DNA of 64,000 bases from Prevotellaceae bacterium (GTDB taxonomy: Bacteria; Bacteroidota; Bacteroidia; Bacteroidales; Bacteroidaceae), in NCBI GenBank assembly GCA_031262785.1, contig JAISHB010000096.1, positions 8,604 through 72,603 of the forward strand, given 5' to 3'. Positions 30,682 through 40,548 of the stretch are shown here, piece by piece; within the stretch, counting starts at the first letter, position 1; each line of letters starts with the position of its first letter. Both the position numbers and the translations under genes were made by a program. The notes beneath the pieces were generated by a model. That model saw only the letters and a program-made list of their open reading frames with translations, was not told where the DNA came from and made no database searches.

Positions 30682-31214
30682 ACGGAGGTGGTATAATTAG
30701 ATAAAATGTATTCGATGCCCTGACGAATGGAGGCCAAGCCGAATGCTTCGGGTTTGAGCGCTTCCAACGGCATATAAAAGAGGTCGGAGACATCATCCAT
30801 GGCGCGAACCGTTCCCTCTTCGGCCACTTCACAACCAAAGAAGAGGTCGAGCGTGTGTACCGGCAAACCCGAATAGAGATAGATGTTGGGGATTGAAAAG
30901 AGATAGGTGGCTTTCAGCACCGTCAGTCCGGTCTCTTCCTTCACCTCGCGGGCCACTCCCTCTTCCCCGTTTTCGTTCAAATCGAGAAAGCCGCCGGGCA
31001 GGTCGAGGGTGCCTTTAGCCGGTTCCTTGGCACGACGACACACCAGCAATTCGCCCCGCTGATTGGTGATAAGCGCCACAGTAGCTGCCGACGGATTGAA
31101 GTAATAGACAAAGCCGCAACACTCACAACGTTTCGACTTCTCGTTGTAAACGTTGAACTGCGCCGCCCCACATCGGGGGCAATACCGAAACATGTCGAGG
31201 GGATGATGCATCAT
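30678..31214 (-). CDS. NUDIX hydrolase with N-terminal zinc ribbon
   Basis: CPRCG..CECCG; GGFLDLNENGEEGVAREVKEETGL Nudix box. Confidence 0.95.
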   Translation of the reverse strand: MMHHPLDMFRYCPRCGAAQFNVYNEKSKRCECCGFVYYFNPSAATVALITNQRGELLVCRRAKEPAKGTLDLPGGFLDLNENGEEGVAREVKEETGLTVLKATYLFSIPNIYLYSGLPVHTLDLFFGCEVAEEGTVRAMDDVSDLFYMPLEALKPEAFGLASIRQGIEYILSNYTTSV

Positions 31215-31296
31215 GGTGTTATTTTAAAAAAAACGGCAACAGAAAGAAGTCTCTCTGCTGCCATTACTAACCTAAGTTTCTGTTACTGGATACAAT

Positions 31297-31372
31297 TGGT
31301 CGGAATGAGGCGACTCGAACGCCCGACCCCTACGTCCCGAACGTAGTGCGCTACCAACTGCGCTACATTCCG
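31297..31372 (-). tRNA. tRNA-Pro (CGG)
   Basis: CGGAATG acceptor stem, anticodon arm CTACG-TTCGGGA-CGTAG, TTCGAGT T-loop, encoded CCA. Confidence 0.97.
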
Positions 31373-31464
31373 ATTGCCGATTCATTAGGGAGCAGCCGCA
31401 ATCTCTTGCGTTGCGGCTGCAAAGGTATGGAGTTTTACGAAATATGCAAGCAATCTGTCCAAAT

Positions 31465-33114
31465 TTAAAAGGAGGGTGCTTTGCGCACCCACCGACTTAG
31501 TCCGCACGAGCTATTCCGTAATCCCTCCGCCACGCAACGGGCATTCAACTCAGCTCCAAGCTTGGTGAAGTGAGTGGCTCCCACGTAATAGGCCTTGGCG
31601 GCCTCCTCTCCCAGCTGTCCAAAACAATCACCGGCCAACCTGTTCAGGTCGATAAAGCAGGTACCCGTCTCTTGCGCCACCTCTTGTGCCCAACGCACAT
31701 GCGTGCTCCGGCGCAGTTGCATCACCCCCTCTTTCCAGGAGTTGCGGGGCGTGTAGCTCAGGAGGATGGGAATAGCCCCCTTTTCGCGTACATCGCGCAC
31801 AAACTTGCGCAGATACCAGCCAAAGGTGTAGACTACGCGATACTCCCCACTGCTCTTCATCCGAAAGACACGACTGCTGTCGCTCACTCCCGGCAGGTCG
31901 GCACGCTCCTTCCCGCTGTCGATAGCCCCGGCATCGTTGTGTCCGAACTGTATCAGTACATAGTCGCCCGGACGCAGGGCATGGTAGACCTTGTCCCACA
32001 ACCCTTCGTCCAAGAAGGTGCGGGCACTGCGTCCGCCGCGGGCATAGTTTTCCACGGTGATCTGGTCGGAATCAAGCCAACGCCCCAGCAAACTCCCCCA
32101 TCCCCACATCGCACCGGGCGTGTCGGTGTCGGCATTCTTCACGGTGCTGTCACCGATGGTGAAAAGAACCGGATGGTCTCCTTTGCGGGTGCGGCCGGTG
32201 AGGGTATCTTGGGCTATCGGCTTCAAGTAACCGGCCAGGGCAAGCCCTGGACAGGCACGAATCCCTTCGGCGGCCGATGCGGCATTGATGCGGGCACCGT
32301 AGACGCTGGTGTGGATACGGTCGCGGTAGAACATCTCCTTCACCTTCTCTTTGCCGAAGCGTTCATACTTGCGGGCGGTCAGGTCGGTCAGGTCAATGAA
32401 GGGAACCTTTTCGGCCTCGGCCACCTGTCGTTGCCACAGGTTGAAGGTGCTGTCGTAGCGTTGAATGAGGGTGCTATCGGGGTCTGTCCAGGCGTTACGC
32501 GGAGTAAGCCCCATCAGCATGGGATGAGCACCCCGCTCTTTGATGTCACTAATATAGCGGCGCAGGTATTCGCCGTAGGAATAGACCGTCTCCTTTACGC
32601 CCGTTTCTTTAATCACCACCGGCAGCGAATCGGTGCCGATGCCCGGGATGGAGGCGCGGGCGCGTCCGCTGTCGTAGGGTCCGTTGTCGTTGTGTCCCAA
32701 CTCGATAATTACCCAGTCGCCCGGGCGGATGCCTTTACGTACCTCGGGCCACAGACGCGTATAAAAGGTGCGGCTGCTGGTGCCTCCCAAGGCCTGGTTC
32801 TCCACACTGATGCGCGTCTGGTCGAAATAGGTATGCAGGAAATAGCCCCAGCCCCACTGTCCGCTGTTGCCATTGCCCAGCGTGCCGGTGCGCATGGTCG
32901 AATTGCCAATCAGAAAGAGCACGGGATGGTTCTCCTTCCGGCTCGAGCCGGCCGGCGGACGTGCCGTGCGTGCTTTGTTCAAACTGTCGAGGGTGAGGTC
33001 GGTGACCCGGTTGGTATCGCGCAGAGGCGCGCCAACGGTAGATTGTGCAAGCGCGGTTTGCCAAAAGAAGAGGAGGCTGCCGGCAAGCAGCAACACAGAA
33101 CTGATTTGTTTCAT
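31465..33114 (-). CDS. rhamnogalacturonan acetylesterase-like protein (CE12), two SGNH domains
   Basis: IGNST/IGDST, GHND twice, DRIHT and ATHF motifs. Confidence 0.85.
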   Translation of the reverse strand: MKQISSVLLLAGSLLFFWQTALAQSTVGAPLRDTNRVTDLTLDSLNKARTARPPAGSSRKENHPVLFLIGNSTMRTGTLGNGNSGQWGWGYFLHTYFDQTRISVENQALGGTSSRTFYTRLWPEVRKGIRPGDWVIIELGHNDNGPYDSGRARASIPGIGTDSLPVVIKETGVKETVYSYGEYLRRYISDIKERGAHPMLMGLTPRNAWTDPDSTLIQRYDSTFNLWQRQVAEAEKVPFIDLTDLTARKYERFGKEKVKEMFYRDRIHTSVYGARINAASAAEGIRACPGLALAGYLKPIAQDTLTGRTRKGDHPVLFTIGDSTVKNADTDTPGAMWGWGSLLGRWLDSDQITVENYARGGRSARTFLDEGLWDKVYHALRPGDYVLIQFGHNDAGAIDSGKERADLPGVSDSSRVFRMKSSGEYRVVYTFGWYLRKFVRDVREKGAIPILLSYTPRNSWKEGVMQLRRSTHVRWAQEVAQETGTCFIDLNRLAGDCFGQLGEEAAKAYYVGATHFTKLGAELNARCVAEGLRNSSCGLSRWVRKAPSF

Positions 33115-33242
33115 GATAGATCACTTTTTGTTTGCGTGCAAAGATACAAGCCTTCTTGCAGATGTCTAACCGAAAACAACTAATTTTGCCCCCCTATTAT
33201 TTACACGAATCATTCTATCGCATATTCATCATTATCCTCATT

Positions 33243-34253
33243 ATGGAACAAAACAAGTACGAACAAGGTCTTACTGCCTATGAGGCAGGAAACTATGCAG
33301 AGGCATTCCATCTATTCGCACCGTTGGCTGTAGAAGGAGACACGGATGCCCAATCCCAACTCGGTCATCTGTACGATGCCGGGTTGGGAGTAGAAGTCGA
33401 TCTGTCCAAAGCCTTCTATTGGTGGAGCAAGGCGGCAGACGAAGGGGATAGCTATTCCCAATATTGCATCGGAGGTATGTATTACAGAGGCGAAGGGATA
33501 GCACAAGACCTTCAAAAAGCCTTTCATTGGTTTGAAAAGGCGGCGGTGCAAGGATATGCAAAGGCCCAAAATAATCTGGCTATTATGTATGAAAACGGAG
33601 AAGGTGTGGAAGAGGACCTTTCCCAAACGCTCTATTGGTTTGAAAAGGCGGCAGTGCAAGGACTTGCATCTGCCCAACACAATTTGGCTGTAATGTATAA
33701 AAATGGAGAGGGCGTGGAAGAAGATCTCGCTAAAGCCGTCTATTGGTATGAAAAGGCGGCACTGCAAGAAGATGATTCTGCCCAATACAATCTGGGTGCC
33801 CTGTATTATAAAGGAGAGGGCGTAGAAAAAGACCTTCAACAAGCGGTCTATTGGTTTGAAAAGGCAGCAGTGCAGGGCTATGAAAGTGCCCAAAACAGTC
33901 TTGGTGCACTGTATTACAGCGGGGAAGAGATAGAACAAGACCTTTTAAAAGCCGCCTACTGGTGGGGAAAAGCGGCGGAACAAGGACATGTAAAAGCCCA
34001 ACACAGTATTGCTTTCATGTATGAAAACGGCGAAGGCGTAGCCAAAGACCTTCTAAAAGCCGCCTATTGGTATGAACAGGCGGCGATGCAAGAATATGTA
34101 AATGCCCAATACAATCTGGGCATCCTGTATGCAAACGGTGAGGGCGTAGCCAAAGACTCTCAGAAAGCCATCTACTGGTTTGAAAAGGCAGCAGCACAAG
34201 GTGATGAAGATGCCCAAAAGAATTTAGATATTTTGCGTGCAAACGGATGCTAA
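33243..34253 (+). CDS. Sel1-like repeat protein
   Basis: about nine 36-aa repeats AQ.NLG.MY..GEGV..D..KA.YW.EKAA.QG. Confidence 0.95.
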   Translation: MEQNKYEQGLTAYEAGNYAEAFHLFAPLAVEGDTDAQSQLGHLYDAGLGVEVDLSKAFYWWSKAADEGDSYSQYCIGGMYYRGEGIAQDLQKAFHWFEKAAVQGYAKAQNNLAIMYENGEGVEEDLSQTLYWFEKAAVQGLASAQHNLAVMYKNGEGVEEDLAKAVYWYEKAALQEDDSAQYNLGALYYKGEGVEKDLQQAVYWFEKAAVQGYESAQNSLGALYYSGEEIEQDLLKAAYWWGKAAEQGHVKAQHSIAFMYENGEGVAKDLLKAAYWYEQAAMQEYVNAQYNLGILYANGEGVAKDSQKAIYWFEKAAAQGDEDAQKNLDILRANGC

Positions 34254-34263
34254 CGCCCCCCAA

Positions 34264-34311
34264 CAACAAAAGAAAGGGATGTGTCCGAAACGGCACATCC
34301 CTTTTTTGTTG
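34264..34311. terminator. bidirectional terminator between convergent genes
   Basis: AAAGGGATGTGTCCG-AAA-CGGCACATCCCTTTTTT. Confidence 0.8.
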
Positions 34312-34352
34312 GTTTTCCAGTTGCGAGGGTTCATAGGTAGGGTGACGACGAC

Positions 34353-35132
34353 TTAGCCTTGCGGCGGTTCTTCTTCGTCGCCACCCGGGTTGTTATTGCC
34401 TGTGGTTCCATCACCGGTATTGGCAATGCCGCGGGTATGCAGCACCTGTTGCTTGAGCCGGTTGAGTTCGGCATTCATGTAGTTGATAAACCCGGTGAGT
34501 TCGGTGGCGTGTCCCAGCAGCGCCTGCGCGTTGATGAGCTTGCGCAGGTTGATGAACGCCTTATCGGTGAGCTGGCGCGCACGCTGCATGGCGCCGATTA
34601 CTTTTCCGCCCTCCTCTTCGGTGCGTTGGTTCATCAGGCTGATAAACAGGTTGTTGTCGGCACGAAGCGTTTTAACAGCATCGGTTAGCCCTAATACCTT
34701 CATTTGTGCGGCATACTTTTGTTCGGCTTCGTTCAGGAAGTTTCCGAGCAAACCGGTTTCGCGCTCATACTGATCGGACACCTTGACGTTATCGCTCTTG
34801 ATCAGCATCCACACCACTTGGGCGGTTTGTTGCTTGTCGGGGTCGGGATTTTTCAGGTTTACACTCACGGTGTTCTTGATGAACATAAAATCGGAGTCGC
34901 GCTTGCTGTCGGCCGCTTTAATCTGGTCGGTCAGCGGATTCTTTTGCGGTACTCTCAACACCTTTTCCTCGGCTTGTACGGCTGCGTCCAATTGGTCGAC
35001 GGCCTCCTTGACGAGTTTTATGACCGTCCGATCGGCTTTGGCGCGATCGGCCGTGACTCTCATCAACTCACAATGAGTTGGGTTGTCTAACGATTGCATC
35101 TGGATGCTGTGCATCTCGGTTGTTTCATTCAT
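34353..35132 (-). CDS. DUF6261-like (HagB/HagC-related) alpha-helical protein; paralog of 61591..62367
   Basis: LT.QIK.AD..R, QY.R.TGL..N.L, N..FI.L...R motifs; Gly/Asn tail ending GGDEEEPPQG; no signal peptide. Confidence 0.7.
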   Translation of the reverse strand: MNETTEMHSIQMQSLDNPTHCELMRVTADRAKADRTVIKLVKEAVDQLDAAVQAEEKVLRVPQKNPLTDQIKAADSKRDSDFMFIKNTVSVNLKNPDPDKQQTAQVVWMLIKSDNVKVSDQYERETGLLGNFLNEAEQKYAAQMKVLGLTDAVKTLRADNNLFISLMNQRTEEEGGKVIGAMQRARQLTDKAFINLRKLINAQALLGHATELTGFINYMNAELNRLKQQVLHTRGIANTGDGTTGNNNPGGDEEEPPQG

Positions 35133-35292
35133 TGCTCTTTGATTGGTTAGGAAGTTATCTAATAGCTTGGAATCCCTCTACGGCAGCAGGGTTTTCCTTT
35201 ACATCGGGCGCAAAGGTAAAAAAACAGCCGAAAATGCAACGTAGGGAATACCCTTTTTTTCGTTAACGAGGCGAACCGGCTGCCTCCCTCTC

Positions 35293-35519
35293 TTAAAAGT
35301 GGATGGGTTTTACATAGAAACAGCCCTACTGGTATTAAAAGTATTCAGTCTTTATGCAAAAACAGGCTTACCTGTCTTAAAAGTATTCAGTCTTTATGCA
35401 GAAACAGCTTTACTTGTCTTAAAAGTATTCGGTTCGTATGCAGAAACAGCTTTACCTGTATTAAAAGTATTCAGTTTCTATACAAGTTGGTGCTACTTTT
35501 AATACCGGTAAGGTTGTTT
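35293..35519. repeat. 42-bp tandem array (about 4.5 units) closed by an inverted partial unit
   Basis: TTAAAAGT at 35293, 35335, 35377, 35419, 35461; reverse complement of 35494..35519 is AAACAACCTTACCGGTATTAAAAGTA. Confidence 0.95.
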
Positions 35520-35543
35520 GCGATGCCATGGACGCCTCCCCCT

Positions 35544-35611
35544 CTAACCACATTCTAACACCCCTCTAACCCCTTTCTAACCCCTGCCAAAGGCTATACG
35601 CCCTACTTTTG
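35544..35611 (+). promoter_or_regulatory. mgtA promoter: four CTAAC direct repeats at 11-bp spacing, then a TACTTTTG -7 box
   Basis: CTAAC at 35544, 35555, 35566, 35577; -7 box at 35604..35611. Confidence 0.55.
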
Positions 35612-35658
35612 CGGCGTCGACCGACCCCTTTATGTAGAACCCTTAAAAAGTCAACCGT

Positions 35659-38307
35659 ATGTTCAGCAAGCGTAAACCGTCCGCCTCCGGCTATGCCTAT
35701 CCGGCCGAGAAGGTATTTCTGGCCGCCACCTGGCCGGCCGAAAACATCTATTCCTACCTCAACACCTCGCCCCAAGGGCTGAATGATGAAACCGTAGAGC
35801 GCCGCAGGGAGCGCTACGGACGCAACGAGGTGGTGCACGAGCGGCGTCCGCATCCCTTCTTTGTCTTCATCAAAGCATTTATCAATCCGTTCATCGGGGT
35901 ACTCACCGCGCTGGCCGTGGTCTCATTGGTCATCGACGTGTGGATGGCCGACGCACACGAACGGCAATGGAGCGGCGTGGTCATCATCACCGTCATGGTG
36001 GTGCTCAGTGCCCTGCTGCGTTTTTGGCAGGAGTGGCGGGCGGGCGAGGCCACCTCGTCGCTCATGAGCCTGGTCACCAACACCTGCTTGGCTAAACGGG
36101 AGGGACATGAGGCCGAAGAGATCGACATTCGCCAGTTAGTGCCCGGCGATGTGGTGTTTCTGGCCGCCGGCGATATGATTCCGGCCGATGTGCGCATCGT
36201 CGAATCGAAAGATCTGTTTCTGAGCCAGGCCTCCCTCACGGGCGAGTCGGAACCCATCGAGAAGCTTTCCGAGGTGCGCAACGTCCCCCACCGCACGGGC
36301 AGCATTCTGGAGTTGGACAACATCGGCTTCATGGGATCGACCGTGGTGAGTGGCGCCGCCAAGGCGGTGGTTTTCGAGGTGGGCAACCGCACCTACTTGG
36401 GCAGCATCGCCAAAAGCTTGGCGGGCAACCGTCCGGCCACTGCGTTCGACAAGGGCATCAGCCGCGTCAGCCTGCTGCTCATCCGCTTCATGCTGGTGAT
36501 GGTGCCGTTTGTCTTCTGTATCAACGGACTGACCAAGGGCGACTGGTTCGAGGCCTTTATCTTCGCCATCTCGGTGGCCGTGGGTCTCACCCCCGAGATG
36601 CTCCCCATGATTGTCACCGCCAACCTCTCGAAGGGCGCCCTGGCTATGGCCGGCAAGAAGACCATCGTCAAGAACCTCAACGCCATCCAAAACTTTGGCG
36701 CCATGAACATCCTCTGTACCGACAAGACCGGCACCCTGACGGCCGACCACATTGTGCTGGAAAGCTACATCAACGCCGACGGCACGCCCGATGAGGAGCA
36801 CCGCGTGCTGCGCCACGCCCTGTTGAACAGCTATTTCCAAACCGGCTTGAAGAACCTGATGGACAAAGCCGTCTTGGCGCATGCCGCAGAGGTGGGCATG
36901 GAGCAGTGGAAGCAAGCCTACACCAAGGTGGACGAGATTCCCTTCGACTTCACCCGCCGCCGCATGTCGGTGGTGCTCGAGAGCCGGCCGGCTAAGCGCC
37001 AACTTATCACCAAGGGGGCTGTGGAGGAGATGCTCGAGGTGTGCAGCTATGCCGAGCTGGAGGGAACGGTGCATCGCCTCACCGACGGGTTGCGTATCCA
37101 AGCCCGCCGCATCAGTGAGGGACTTAACCGCAAGGGGATGCGCGTCTTGGCCGTGGCTCAAAAGAGCTACGTCGAGAAGGAGCGCGACTTTTCGGTGGAG
37201 GATGAGTGCGACATGGTGCTCATCGGCTTCCTGGCCTTCTTAGATCCGCCCAAGGCCTCGGCCGCCAGTGCCATTGCCCGGTTGCACGAACAGGGGGTGG
37301 AGGTGAAGGTACTCTCGGGCGACAACGATATTGTGGTGCGCGCCATTGGCCGCCAAGTGGGCATCGACACCACCCACACCCTCACCGGCCCCCAGATGGA
37401 GCAACTCACCGACAGCGAACTGCGCGAACGTATCCGGGAGGTCACCCTCTTTGCCAAGCTCACCCCGCTGCAAAAGACGCAAATCATCCGCCTGTTGCAG
37501 ACCGACAACACGGTGGGATTCCTGGGCGACGGCATCAACGACGCGGCCGCGCTCCGGCAGAGCGACATCGGCATCTCGGTAGACTCGGCCGTGGACATCG
37601 CCAAGGAGAGTGCCGACATCATCTTGCTCGAGAAAGACCTGATGGTGCTCGAAGACGGCGTGATAGAAGGGCGCAAGACCTTCGGCAACATCACCAAATA
37701 CATCAAGATGAGTGCCTCGTCGAATTTCGGTAATATGTTTAGTGTGATGGCGGCCAGCGCCTTCCTGCCCTTCCTGCCGATGATGCCCATCCACCTGCTC
37801 ATTCAAAACTTGCTCTACGACATCTCACAGAGCACCATTCCCTTCGACCGCATGGACGCCGAGTTCTTGCGCCGGCCGCGCCGCTGGGACGCCTCCGACC
37901 TGAGTCGCTTCATGCTCTGCATCGGCCCCATCAGTTCACTCTTCGACATCGCCACCTATGCGGTGATGTGGTTTGTGCTGGGCTGTACTTCCCCGGCGCA
38001 TCAAGCGCTCTTCCAGAGCGGCTGGTTTGTGGAGGGGTTGCTTTCGCAAACGCTGATTGTGCACATGATTCGCACACGCAAGATTCCGTTCATACAGAGC
38101 CGCGCCACCTGGCCGGTGACGGGCATGACGTTGTTGGTGATGTTGGTGGGAATAGCCTTGCCCTACACCGCCTTCGGTGCTTCGGTGGGGCTGGAGCCGT
38201 TGCCGCTAAGCTATTTCCCGTGGTTGACGGGTATCCTGCTGTCGTATTGTGTGCTGACGCAGGCCATCAAGCGGTGGTATGTCAAGCGTTTTGCGAGGTG
38301 GCTCTGA
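35659..38307 (+). CDS. mgtA: magnesium-translocating P-type ATPase
   Basis: TGES, VGLTPEMLP, DKTGT, GDGIND, SSNFGN, FQSGWFVEGL. Confidence 0.96.
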   Translation: MFSKRKPSASGYAYPAEKVFLAATWPAENIYSYLNTSPQGLNDETVERRRERYGRNEVVHERRPHPFFVFIKAFINPFIGVLTALAVVSLVIDVWMADAHERQWSGVVIITVMVVLSALLRFWQEWRAGEATSSLMSLVTNTCLAKREGHEAEEIDIRQLVPGDVVFLAAGDMIPADVRIVESKDLFLSQASLTGESEPIEKLSEVRNVPHRTGSILELDNIGFMGSTVVSGAAKAVVFEVGNRTYLGSIAKSLAGNRPATAFDKGISRVSLLLIRFMLVMVPFVFCINGLTKGDWFEAFIFAISVAVGLTPEMLPMIVTANLSKGALAMAGKKTIVKNLNAIQNFGAMNILCTDKTGTLTADHIVLESYINADGTPDEEHRVLRHALLNSYFQTGLKNLMDKAVLAHAAEVGMEQWKQAYTKVDEIPFDFTRRRMSVVLESRPAKRQLITKGAVEEMLEVCSYAELEGTVHRLTDGLRIQARRISEGLNRKGMRVLAVAQKSYVEKERDFSVEDECDMVLIGFLAFLDPPKASAASAIARLHEQGVEVKVLSGDNDIVVRAIGRQVGIDTTHTLTGPQMEQLTDSELRERIREVTLFAKLTPLQKTQIIRLLQTDNTVGFLGDGINDAAALRQSDIGISVDSAVDIAKESADIILLEKDLMVLEDGVIEGRKTFGNITKYIKMSASSNFGNMFSVMAASAFLPFLPMMPIHLLIQNLLYDISQSTIPFDRMDAEFLRRPRRWDASDLSRFMLCIGPISSLFDIATYAVMWFVLGCTSPAHQALFQSGWFVEGLLSQTLIVHMIRTRKIPFIQSRATWPVTGMTLLVMLVGIALPYTAFGASVGLEPLPLSYFPWLTGILLSYCVLTQAIKRWYVKRFARWL

Positions 38308-39940
38308 TTTGTGCCCGCCTGATCTTTCCGCTGATGGTTTTGGGCAGTTCGTCCACAAACTCGATGACCCGCGGGTATTTGTAGGGTGCCGTAACCCGCT
38401 TGACGTGATCTTGCAGCTCTTTGACCAGCGCCTCGCCCGCCCGCTCTTTATACTCTTTGGACAGCACGATGGTGGCTTTGACCACTTGGCCGCGCAACTC
38501 GTCGGGAACGCCGGTGATGGCACATTCCACCACCGCCGGATGGGTCATCAGGGCACTCTCCACCTCGAAGGGGCCGATGCGGTAGCCGGAGCTTTTAATG
38601 ACGTCGTCGGCACGTCCCACAAACCAGTAGTAGCCATCTTCGTCTTTCCAGGCCACGTCGCCCGTGTAGTAGATGCCATCGTGCCACGCCTGACGGGTGC
38701 GCTCGGGGTCGCGGTAATACTCTTTGAACAAGCCCAGAGGCTTTCCTTTGTCGGTACGAATCACAATCTCGCCCTGCTCGCCGGCCTCCACCGACCGACC
38801 GGTGGCGTCGATGAGGTCGACATCGTATTGCGGATTGGGCAATCCCATGCTGCCCGGCTTGGGTTGCATCCACGGCATGGTGGCGATGGTCAGCGTGGTT
38901 TCGGTTTGCCCGAATCCCTCCATCAGACGGATGCCCGTCAGCTTCTTGAAGCTTTCAAAGACGGCGGGGTTGAGTGCCTCGCCCGCAATGGTGCAATACT
39001 CGAGCGAGGAGAGGTCGAACCGCGTGAGGTCTTCGTGAATCAGGAAACGGAAGATGGTGGGCGGAGCGCAGAGCGAGGTGACACGGTATTGCGCTATCTT
39101 GTGCAGAATGGCGGCGGGGGTAAATTTCTCGTGGTCGTAGACGAAGATGGTGGCTCCGGCAATCCATTGTCCGTAGAGCTTGCCCCATACGGCCTTGCCC
39201 CATCCGGTGTCGGCAATGGTCAGGTGCAGGCTCTGCTCATGCAGGTTGTGCCAAACCGAGGCGGTGGTGATGTGGCCGAGGGGATAGGTGAAGTCGTGTG
39301 CCACCATCTTGGGTTCGCCCGTGGTGCCGCTGGTGAAGTACATCAGCGACAGGTCGTCGTTGCGGTTGACGTGCGCCGGACGCACAAAGGGTGTCGCCTG
39401 AGTGAGGCCTTGGTGAAAGTCGTCGTATCCTTGGGGCACCTCGGGGCCGACGCTCACCAATTTCTCCACACTGGGCGAGGCGGGCAGGGCGGAGGTGATG
39501 TGGTCGGTGATAACGGTTTCGCCCGCGCAGACAATCACCTTGATGTCGGCCGCATTGCAGCGATAGACAATATCTTTCTTGGTGAGCAAATGGGTGGCCG
39601 GAATGGCCGTAGCCCCCAGCTTGTGCAAGGCCAGCATGCAGAGCCAAAACTCGTAGCGACGCTTGAGGATGAGCATCACCATGTCGCCGTGGCCGATGCC
39701 CAGGCTTTGGAAATAGGAGGCGGTGGCATCGCTCAGCTCTTTGAGTTCTTGGAAGGTAAACCGGCGGCACTCCTCGCGGTCGTTTGTCCAGAGCAGGGCG
39801 AGTTTGTCGGGGGCTTCCGCCGCCCAAGCATCCACCACGTCGTAGGCAAAGTTGAAGTTGTCGGGCACGCGGATATGAAGATGCTGCGTGAAGTCCTCTT
39901 GCGAAGTGAAAGAGGTTTGCGTAAGAAATTTTTCTACCAT
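38282..39940 (-). CDS. AMP-binding acyl/acetyl-CoA synthetase
   Basis: YFTSGTTGEPK, GFGQTE, YYTGD, LPKTISGK; 26-bp convergent overlap with mgtA. Confidence 0.93.
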   Translation of the reverse strand: MVEKFLTQTSFTSQEDFTQHLHIRVPDNFNFAYDVVDAWAAEAPDKLALLWTNDREECRRFTFQELKELSDATASYFQSLGIGHGDMVMLILKRRYEFWLCMLALHKLGATAIPATHLLTKKDIVYRCNAADIKVIVCAGETVITDHITSALPASPSVEKLVSVGPEVPQGYDDFHQGLTQATPFVRPAHVNRNDDLSLMYFTSGTTGEPKMVAHDFTYPLGHITTASVWHNLHEQSLHLTIADTGWGKAVWGKLYGQWIAGATIFVYDHEKFTPAAILHKIAQYRVTSLCAPPTIFRFLIHEDLTRFDLSSLEYCTIAGEALNPAVFESFKKLTGIRLMEGFGQTETTLTIATMPWMQPKPGSMGLPNPQYDVDLIDATGRSVEAGEQGEIVIRTDKGKPLGLFKEYYRDPERTRQAWHDGIYYTGDVAWKDEDGYYWFVGRADDVIKSSGYRIGPFEVESALMTHPAVVECAITGVPDELRGQVVKATIVLSKEYKERAGEALVKELQDHVKRVTAPYKYPRVIEFVDELPKTISGKIRRAQIRATSQNA

Positions 39941-39956
39941 GGTACTTGTATTGTAT

Positions 39957-40511
39957 TTATAGAATGATGGCCAGGAAGCGGACGTTCTTTCCGTCCAAGG
40001 CCTTCATGCCGTGTGGTTGCAGGGAGTCGAAATAGATGCTGTCGCCTTCGTTTAGGATGAGTTCTTTGCCGGCAATGGTGAGCAACAGGCGTCCCGAGAG
40101 TACAAGGTTAAATTCTTGTCCGGCGTGGCTGTTGCGATGCGTGGGAGCGTCGTCGGCACCCGCCTCTACCGTGACGATAAACGGATCGGCTTTGCGGTTG
40201 CGGAAGCCGGCGGCCAATGCCTGGTATTTGTAGGCTTTGGTGCGTTCCACGCTGACGCCGCATCCAGCGCGGGTGAGGAAATAGGTGCTCATCTTGGGTT
40301 CTTCGCCGAACATCAGCGTGTCGAGTGCGATGCCGTAGCGACGGGCTATTTGTTGGAGCAGGCTCACCGAGATGTCGGCGGTTCCCGATTCGGCACGTTC
40401 GTAGTCGTCCAGCGGGAGGTTGCAATCGCGTGCCACCTCTTCGGCCGACAGTTCCAGTACGTCGCGCAATCCGCGCAGACGCTGGGCAATCTGTTTGATG
40501 GGGTCTTCCAT
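39957..40511 (-). CDS. XRE-family HTH plus cupin regulator
   Basis: N-terminal HTH; H.GQEF..GDSIYFDS..PH cupin. Confidence 0.93.
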   Translation of the reverse strand: MEDPIKQIAQRLRGLRDVLELSAEEVARDCNLPLDDYERAESGTADISVSLLQQIARRYGIALDTLMFGEEPKMSTYFLTRAGCGVSVERTKAYKYQALAAGFRNRKADPFIVTVEAGADDAPTHRNSHAGQEFNLVLSGRLLLTIAGKELILNEGDSIYFDSLQPHGMKALDGKNVRFLAIIL

Positions 40512-40548
40512 AGGGAGTGTATTTGTTTTGTTAGGGAAATGTTTTCGT

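Noticed and set aside
31297-31372. tRNA-Pro as an integration site
   Set aside because: No integrase and no duplicated tRNA 3' end seen; the flanking genes look like core genes.
35299-35502. 14-aa-repeat peptides encoded by the arrays (also 15978..16172, 25708..26025, 46345..46640, 54216..54581)
   Set aside because: Unit differences in this array are mostly non-synonymous, and the 41- and 23-bp periods break frame; the ORFs are by-products of stop-poor repeats.
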